A DNA stretch of 64,000 nucleotides from Candidatus Tenderia sp. (GTDB taxonomy: Bacteria; Pseudomonadota; Gammaproteobacteria; Tenderiales; Tenderiaceae): the NCBI GenBank assembly GCA_031416075.1, contig JANOSY010000005.1, positions 1-64,000 on the forward strand, read 5' to 3'. The notes beneath the pieces were generated by a model. It searched no databases and had not been told where the DNA came from. It saw only the letters and a program-made list of their open reading frames with translations. Each line of letters opens with the position of its first letter. Position 1 is the first letter of the stretch. Positions 58,543 to 64,000 of the stretch are shown piece after piece. Both the position numbers and the translations under genes were made by a program.

Positions 58543-59163
58543 ATGGCAATTCAAGACTCAGATCCAGAAAGAAGAAACCTAACGGTGACATCTATAGGTT
58601 TTATCACATACTTTTATGCTGGTGGAAGCCTCCCAGACACAAGTGTAAGACTCCAGGTTGTTAATGTTGAATTTTCACGTCCAGAAGTTCTTGCAGTTAT
58701 AGTGTGGTTAGCATTTATTTGGTTTATCTATAGATATTGGCTTACACATAATGGAGATTTTACTAATTACTTCAGTTCGGAACTCACTCTTTGGCAAGGT
58801 AAAAGTTACATTAAAAATTACGCATCTAAGAATATAGGTCAAGACTTAGTAACAGACCAAGATAAAGGTTACCACGTTAATAGTTTAGCTTGGAGCGGTG
58901 GCTGTCTTAACATAAATGTTATATATGCTGAAGGTGTCGTGCGTAATGCAAACGGAGAGATTGGAAGCTATTCAAATACCGATATCAGTAACAAGCATGA
59001 ACCTATAAAAATGAGTGATGCCAAAGGTTGGCTGCTTGCCTTAAGAGCTAGCATGGAATGTATGTTTAAATACCCAAGTTTTTCAAACTATATCGTACCT
59101 TACATTCTTTCCTTAGTGGCGCTAGCTGGAGTAGCGTTGCGTAGTTGTGCTTTAATCGAGTAG
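58543..59163 (+). CDS. AT-rich hypothetical membrane protein, probably horizontally acquired
   Basis: 206-aa ORF with about three hydrophobic segments. Line 58561-58620 has 21/60 G+C, well below the flanking genes. Confidence 0.8.
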   Translation: MAIQDSDPERRNLTVTSIGFITYFYAGGSLPDTSVRLQVVNVEFSRPEVLAVIVWLAFIWFIYRYWLTHNGDFTNYFSSELTLWQGKSYIKNYASKNIGQDLVTDQDKGYHVNSLAWSGGCLNINVIYAEGVVRNANGEIGSYSNTDISNKHEPIKMSDAKGWLLALRASMECMFKYPSFSNYIVPYILSLVALAGVALRSCALIE

Positions 59164-59196
59164 CCCTAATCTCTAAACCACGCAGAATACAGAAAT

Positions 59197-59700
59197 TCAC
59201 TCAATCAAACTGTAACTCACCTCACTGATGTAGTAGTAGTGCGCCCCGTCGGGGGTTTGCACTTTCACTTCATCATCCAGCCCCTTCTTCATCAACGCCA
59301 GGGCCATGGGTGCATCCATGCTGATGAAGCCTCGGCTCAGGTCAAACTCGTCGGGGCCGACGATGCGGTAGATCTTCTCAACGCCATCATCATCTTCGAT
59401 CCGCACCCAGGCGGCGAAAAAGACCTTGCTTGGATCGCTCGGTTTGTCACGTACCACCTTGAGATCGGGCAATCGCTTTTGCAGGTAACGGACGCGGCGG
59501 TCGATTTCGCGCAGCTCTTTTTTGCGATAGATGTACTCCGCATTCTCTGAACGGTCCCCTTCGGCAGCGGCGGCGGCGAGATGTTTGGTGACGTCGTGGC
59601 GGCGCTTCCAGAGGGCGTCGAGTTCGGCCTGTAACGTTTCGTACCCCTCAGGGGTGATGTAGGGCGATGATTTTGGTTGTGGCGGGCGGTAGTGGATCAT
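59197..59700 (-). CDS. greB: Transcription elongation factor GreB
   Basis: YITPEG, GDRSENAEY, LREIDRRVRYL, IVGPDE. Confidence 0.96.
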   Translation of the reverse strand: MIHYRPPQPKSSPYITPEGYETLQAELDALWKRRHDVTKHLAAAAAEGDRSENAEYIYRKKELREIDRRVRYLQKRLPDLKVVRDKPSDPSKVFFAAWVRIEDDDGVEKIYRIVGPDEFDLSRGFISMDAPMALALMKKGLDDEVKVQTPDGAHYYYISEVSYSLIE

Positions 59701-60347
59701 GAAGATTTTGCCTGTGCCAGGCGGTGGCGCAGGTATTCGATCAGTCCCGGTGTGATGGAGAGTACGATGATGCCAAGGATCACTAGCGAGAGGTTCTCCT
59801 TGATGGCGGGTATATTACCGAAGAGGTAACCGCCATAGACAAACAGTGTGACCCACAATACGGCGCCGACAATGTTGTAACGCAGAAAAAGGCTGTATTT
59901 CATCTGGCCGACACCGGCTACAAACGGGGCGAAGGTGCGGATGATGGGGATGAAACGCGCCAGGATGATGGTCTTGCCGCCATGTTTTTCATAAAAAGAG
60001 TGGGCGCGCAGCAGATGGTCGCGTTTTAAAAAACGGGACTGTTCCGATTTGAAGACGGCGGGGCCGAGGCGGCGGCCGATAGCGTAATTCAGGGTGTCGC
60101 CGAGAATGGCGGCGATGATCAGACTTACCGCCAGTAGGTGGGGGTCGAGCAGTGCTGCGCCTGCCAGTGTGCCCGCTACAAAGAGCAGTGAATCGCCGGG
60201 CAGGAGAGGCATGATGACCAGCCCGGTTTCGCAGAAGATGATCAGAAACAGCAGCGCGTAGACCCAGGGGCCATGCTCGGCGACCAGCGCTGCCAGATGC
60301 GCATCGAGATGAAGAAAGAGGTCGATGATGTGGGTGATAAATTCCAT
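59697..60347 (-). CDS. dedA: DedA family membrane protein
   Basis: FCETGLV..LPGDSLLF, ARFIPIIRTFAPFVAG. Confidence 0.93.
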   Translation of the reverse strand: MEFITHIIDLFLHLDAHLAALVAEHGPWVYALLFLIIFCETGLVIMPLLPGDSLLFVAGTLAGAALLDPHLLAVSLIIAAILGDTLNYAIGRRLGPAVFKSEQSRFLKRDHLLRAHSFYEKHGGKTIILARFIPIIRTFAPFVAGVGQMKYSLFLRYNIVGAVLWVTLFVYGGYLFGNIPAIKENLSLVILGIIVLSITPGLIEYLRHRLAQAKSS

Positions 60348-60465
60348 GAGCAGTTGTGCCTTTGTGGGGGGATCACAGGTAGTTTGTCTCTCCCGTCATC
60401 TGTGCCAATTGTAGGTGAGAGTAGGGTAAAATTATAACCAATTCACGACAAGGACGATATGCAAG

Positions 60466-60828
60466 ATGCCTGAGATAAACCACCCACTGGCCGATCTACT
60501 GCTGCAGATCGAGGCCGAGTTGCGCCGTCTGGAGTTGTGGGACGAGTCGGTGCCTGCCGCCAGTGCGTTGCTGAGCACTACCCCTTTCTGTGCCGATACA
60601 CTGCACTTCAATCAGTGGTTGCAGTGGCTGTTTGTGCCGCGCATGAAGGAGATCCTGGAGCAGTCGCTGCCCCTGCCGCAGCAGTGCGATATCCACTCCT
60701 ATGCCGAAGTGACCTGTCAGCGCGCCACTTCATCCGATGTCACACGCTTGCTACAGCTGTTGCGTGAGTTCGATCAGCAGATTACCGCCGAATCTGCCCT
60801 CAGTAAATCACAAGTGAGCAGCCATTAA
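60466..60828 (+). CDS. YqcC/DUF446 family protein
   Basis: ALLSTTPFCADTL.F.QWLQW.F.PRM. Confidence 0.9.
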   Translation: MPEINHPLADLLLQIEAELRRLELWDESVPAASALLSTTPFCADTLHFNQWLQWLFVPRMKEILEQSLPLPQQCDIHSYAEVTCQRATSSDVTRLLQLLREFDQQITAESALSKSQVSSH

Positions 60829-60994
60829 CCGCCATTGCTCTTTTTAGTCGCTGGTGTAATGGCGTCTGAGAGGTGTGCAGTAAATATGGGCAGCGCCGCC
60901 GCCACTCGTGTGGCCGCAGGGTGGATGGAGAGGTGGTTGTTCAAAATAATTTTTTGTTGGCTGGGCGGAATCATAAAAACTATTTTTTTAATAT

Positions 60995-62179
60995 TTAACC
61001 CACGCCGCGCATTGCAAACGACAATGCCTCGCCAGCAAAATCATCGAGGCAGCAGACTGTATGCCAGCAACACTCCTCGCTGCTGTTTTGGGGGAGCAAT
61101 ATGATGTCGCCGGGAGTGAGGATATAGGCGTGGCCATGATCGCTGAGCTGCTGATAAAACGGTGGGCAACGGTTGAGCAGCAGATCAAGCGCGTTGTTGT
61201 CGTTGTCATCCAGCAGGCAACTGAGTTGTGCTCGGTCCTGGGCAATGGAGATGATCTCTTGAAATGAGCCATTGTCAGGCAGTAGCGCACGTAGGGCAGG
61301 ATGGTTCTCACTGTTGCCTGCAAACAGCTGTACCTCATCCATCAGCTCTTTTTTTGAGCAGGCGACCCAGCTGGTACGACCATGAAGCTGGGCGAATACA
61401 ACGCCAAGGTGGCCACGTTCAACATCCTGATGAAAATGCGCGCCACCATTTGGGGCGTTGAAGTAGATGATTCGTTCAACATACGCCAGTCTCTTTACGT
61501 CAAATATTTTGCATAGCTCGTCTTCCAGTCTTCTGTCGCCACTGATGATGGCGGATTCCGGGAAGATTGCTTCTGTCAGTGCGCCTGCATGGATCTGGCG
61601 CTCAAGGTCTGCGGCAACATCTTCATAACCGACCATGCCAAATGAGAAGCGAAAGCGGAGCGAGGCATCATCGTTTTCGTAGGAGAGCCACGAACATTTG
61701 CACCAGAGATTTTCTGCGATGATCTCATCACCGTCCATGACATCAAATTCGATGGTCTCGATCTCCTGCTGATCACCCTCATCGGAAAATGCGGCTAGCA
61801 TTTCAAAGTGCGGTTGTAGCCGCTCGCTGTAGTATGGCTGCTCTAACAGATCGGCGGGGCTCTCCCCTTCCGCAATGGCCGTCATCAACCGGCTCGCTTG
61901 CGTAATTTCATTAAGGTAGCCGGGGATTGCAGCGCTACAGTAACCGGGCAGGATAGATGGGCGTGCGCTGTTCCAGCGATCGCGCAATCCACTGAAGTGA
62001 TCCTGGCTCTCCGGTGGCGGCGCAGCGGCGATCCATCCCAGCGTTGCGCCACGTCGCCGCAACAAAATGGCTTCACCCAACCCTTGTTCACGTGCGCTGG
62101 CCTGGGCGGCAGCCTGACTGCTCTCTGGTCCGGCGATGTAATGGGCGCGATTAGGCGTGATTAAAGTCTCTGTATTCAT
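60995..62179 (-). CDS. Hypothetical protein with C-terminal JmjC/cupin-like domain
   Basis: YFNAPNGGAHFHQD..FAQLHGRTSW..LTPGDIILLP..WHTV..ALSF. Start uncertain (62179 or 62251). Confidence 0.7.
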   Translation of the reverse strand: MNTETLITPNRAHYIAGPESSQAAAQASAREQGLGEAILLRRRGATLGWIAAAPPPESQDHFSGLRDRWNSARPSILPGYCSAAIPGYLNEITQASRLMTAIAEGESPADLLEQPYYSERLQPHFEMLAAFSDEGDQQEIETIEFDVMDGDEIIAENLWCKCSWLSYENDDASLRFRFSFGMVGYEDVAADLERQIHAGALTEAIFPESAIISGDRRLEDELCKIFDVKRLAYVERIIYFNAPNGGAHFHQDVERGHLGVVFAQLHGRTSWVACSKKELMDEVQLFAGNSENHPALRALLPDNGSFQEIISIAQDRAQLSCLLDDNDNNALDLLLNRCPPFYQQLSDHGHAYILTPGDIILLPQNSSEECCWHTVCCLDDFAGEALSFAMRGVG

Positions 62180-62313
62180 AACAACTCTTTGTTGGTCTGT
62201 TTTAAACCGGTAATAATACGCCTTCCCATGGTAAGGGTGTGGCGCGGCCATTTGTATTATCGTCGTAAAATGTTATGGTGCCCACTTTGGTTTGTTGATC
62301 CAAAGGTGTGTAG

Positions 62314-62472
62314 ATGATGGTGATTGTAATCTGGCTGGTGGTGATTTCTCTGGTTTTGGCGTTTTTGATTTTTCTGGCGGTTGATGATCGAAAAAACCAG
62401 CGTATTCGCGCTGAAGAGGAGCGCATCAAGGCGCTGCAAACACCGCCCGAAACAGAACGCGATACTGATTAG
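62314..62472 (+). CDS. 52-aa single-TM small protein (not in track)
   Basis: AAGGTG RBS; MMVIVIWLVVISLVLAFLIFLAV then a charged tail; stop overlaps the convergent EEP gene stop. Confidence 0.65.
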   Translation: MMVIVIWLVVISLVLAFLIFLAVDDRKNQRIRAEEERIKALQTPPETERDTD

Positions 62473-63260
62473 CGGCCAAGGTGCAGGCCTGCTGGCAAAC
62501 TGATCTCTATGGCAATAGGAAGATGGTCAGAGAGCGCCTCATTCAGCACCTTCATCTGCTCTACCTTTATGGATGAGCTGGTGAGTATGTGGTCAATATT
62601 ACGCGCTGGCCGCCACGCAGGAAAGGTAAGGTGCCGCTCTTCCGGTAGGCAGAGGTCTGTCTTATTAAAGAGATGCACCATCTCTTCACTATCCGGCGTA
62701 CAGTTAAAATCTCCCATCACACAGACATGCTGGAAATCGCGCACCAGCTCAGCCACAAAATCCAGTTGATAGAGCCGCGTCCGTTTGCCGAGGGCAAGAT
62801 GGACCAACATCAGTACTAATGGGTTGTCGGCATGGCCATAACGCACCATCAGTGTGCCACGACCCGGCATGACACCCGGCAGCTTATACTCAACAATTTC
62901 ACTCGGCTGAAAACGGCTCAACAGTCCGTTGCTATGTTTGGCAATCCTGCCAATATTACGATTGGTCTGCTGATGCCAAAACGGGTGACGACTGCGCTCC
63001 GCCAGGTACTCGACCTGATTGACAAAGTAACTACGCAAACTGCCGCCATCCACCTCCTGCAAACCGACAATATCGTAATCACTCACCAGATGGGCAATAC
63101 GGTCAAGATTGTCAAAGTGGTTGGCGTGTGGCAATACATGCTTCCAACTCTGGGTCAGATAGTGGCGTGTACGGGTTGAGGCAATGGCTACCTGAATATT
63201 GAAGCTTAGCAGCTTAATTTTTCGACCGTGCTCAAGCGAATGGCTGGGGAGCGCACTCAT
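62469..63260 (-). CDS. Endonuclease/exonuclease/phosphatase family protein
   Basis: SFNIQ, LQEVD, GDFN, IDHI, SDHLP; ATGA overlap with the upstream gene. Confidence 0.92.
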   Translation of the reverse strand: MSALPSHSLEHGRKIKLLSFNIQVAIASTRTRHYLTQSWKHVLPHANHFDNLDRIAHLVSDYDIVGLQEVDGGSLRSYFVNQVEYLAERSRHPFWHQQTNRNIGRIAKHSNGLLSRFQPSEIVEYKLPGVMPGRGTLMVRYGHADNPLVLMLVHLALGKRTRLYQLDFVAELVRDFQHVCVMGDFNCTPDSEEMVHLFNKTDLCLPEERHLTFPAWRPARNIDHILTSSSIKVEQMKVLNEALSDHLPIAIEISLPAGLHLGR

Positions 63261-64000
63261 AGCTGAATAATTGTCTCACCCAACTTAGCTGTCAACTTGA
63301 GGTTCTCAGCATAATCTACCGGACAGTCAATGATCGACACGGTCTCATCGGCCAGGGCCTGTTGTAGTACCGGCAACAACTCCTCGGTTTTATTAATGCG
63401 GTAGCCTTTGGCCCCAAACGCCTCCGCATATTTAACAAAATCAGGGTTATTAAAATCAACGTGACTCGGACGGCCATAGTGGTTCATCTGCTTCCACTTG
63501 ATCAATCCGTAACCACCATCATTCCAAATAAGAATAACGATAGGAGTCTTGAGTCGCATCGCCGTCTCAATCTCCTGACTATTCATCAAAAAACCGGCAT
63601 CTCCCGTCACCGCCACCACCTTCTTATCCGGGTAGGCAAGTTTGGCAGCAATAGCACCCGGCACAGCGATGCCCATGCTGGCAAAGCCGTTGGAGATGAT
63701 GCAGGTGTTGGGCACCTCACAGCGAAACATACGCGCCATCCACATCTTGTGGGCACCAACATCACAGATGGCGATATCTTCCAGACCCATGGCGGTACGC
63801 AGATCCCAAATCAGTTTTTGTGGCTGTACTGGCCACGCCGTACTTTGGGCGTGTTCGTTCATATCTTTAATCAATGCATCGCGCAATGGTCGTAGCTTTT
63901 GAACCCCCGGTTGCGGCGTAGCCAGCCCTGCAATGCGCTGTAACGACTCCTTGATATCACCCACCACGCCAATCTTGACACCGTAATGAGCATCCACCTC
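63257..64000 (-). CDS. Acetolactate synthase large-subunit-like ThDP enzyme (5' end truncated)
   Basis: DVGAHKMW, SNGFASMG, GDAGFLMNSQE..ND ThDP motif. Confidence 0.92.
   Translation of the reverse strand, partial: EVDAHYGVKIGVVGDIKESLQRIAGLATPQPGVQKLRPLRDALIKDMNEHAQSTAWPVQPQKLIWDLRTAMGLEDIAICDVGAHKMWMARMFRCEVPNTCIISNGFASMGIAVPGAIAAKLAYPDKKVVAVTGDAGFLMNSQEIETAMRLKTPIVILIWNDGGYGLIKWKQMNHYGRPSHVDFNNPDFVKYAEAFGAKGYRINKTEELLPVLQQALADETVSIIDCPVDYAENLKLTAKLGETIIQL

Overview
This is a gene-dense proteobacterial chromosome segment. Its core gene order (tsaP-dprA-smg-topA; def-fmt-rsmB-DUF4390-ntrY-ntrX-trkA-trkH; plsY/folB/folK; tmcA; greB) suggests a free-living gammaproteobacterium (inference). 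Most of the window is housekeeping genes and singleton conserved hypotheticals. I saw no rRNA, tRNA, CRISPR array, intact transposase or integrase. The best candidate for an undescribed system is at the left edge (1-3253, minus strand). It is a three-gene module: a small helical protein, a two-domain KaiC-like ATPase lacking the canonical S/T phosphosites (no kaiA/kaiB visible), and a GGDEF-EAL enzyme missing from the ORF track whose only input region is an RE-heptad coiled coil. Other points of interest: a structured leader + 58-aa ORF + hairpin unit upstream of an NYN nuclease gene; an AT-rich gene in a decayed attC/REP context; a secreted protein with three NVDLxGWVV repeats; a Met-rich repeat lipoprotein; a divergent JmjC-like oxygenase; a two-hairpin leader with TTG start on potABCD; a LysR/DoxX/CDGSH/pirin/WrbA redox cluster; and several small ORFs below the track cutoff. 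All family assignments come from recognising motifs by eye, with no database search.
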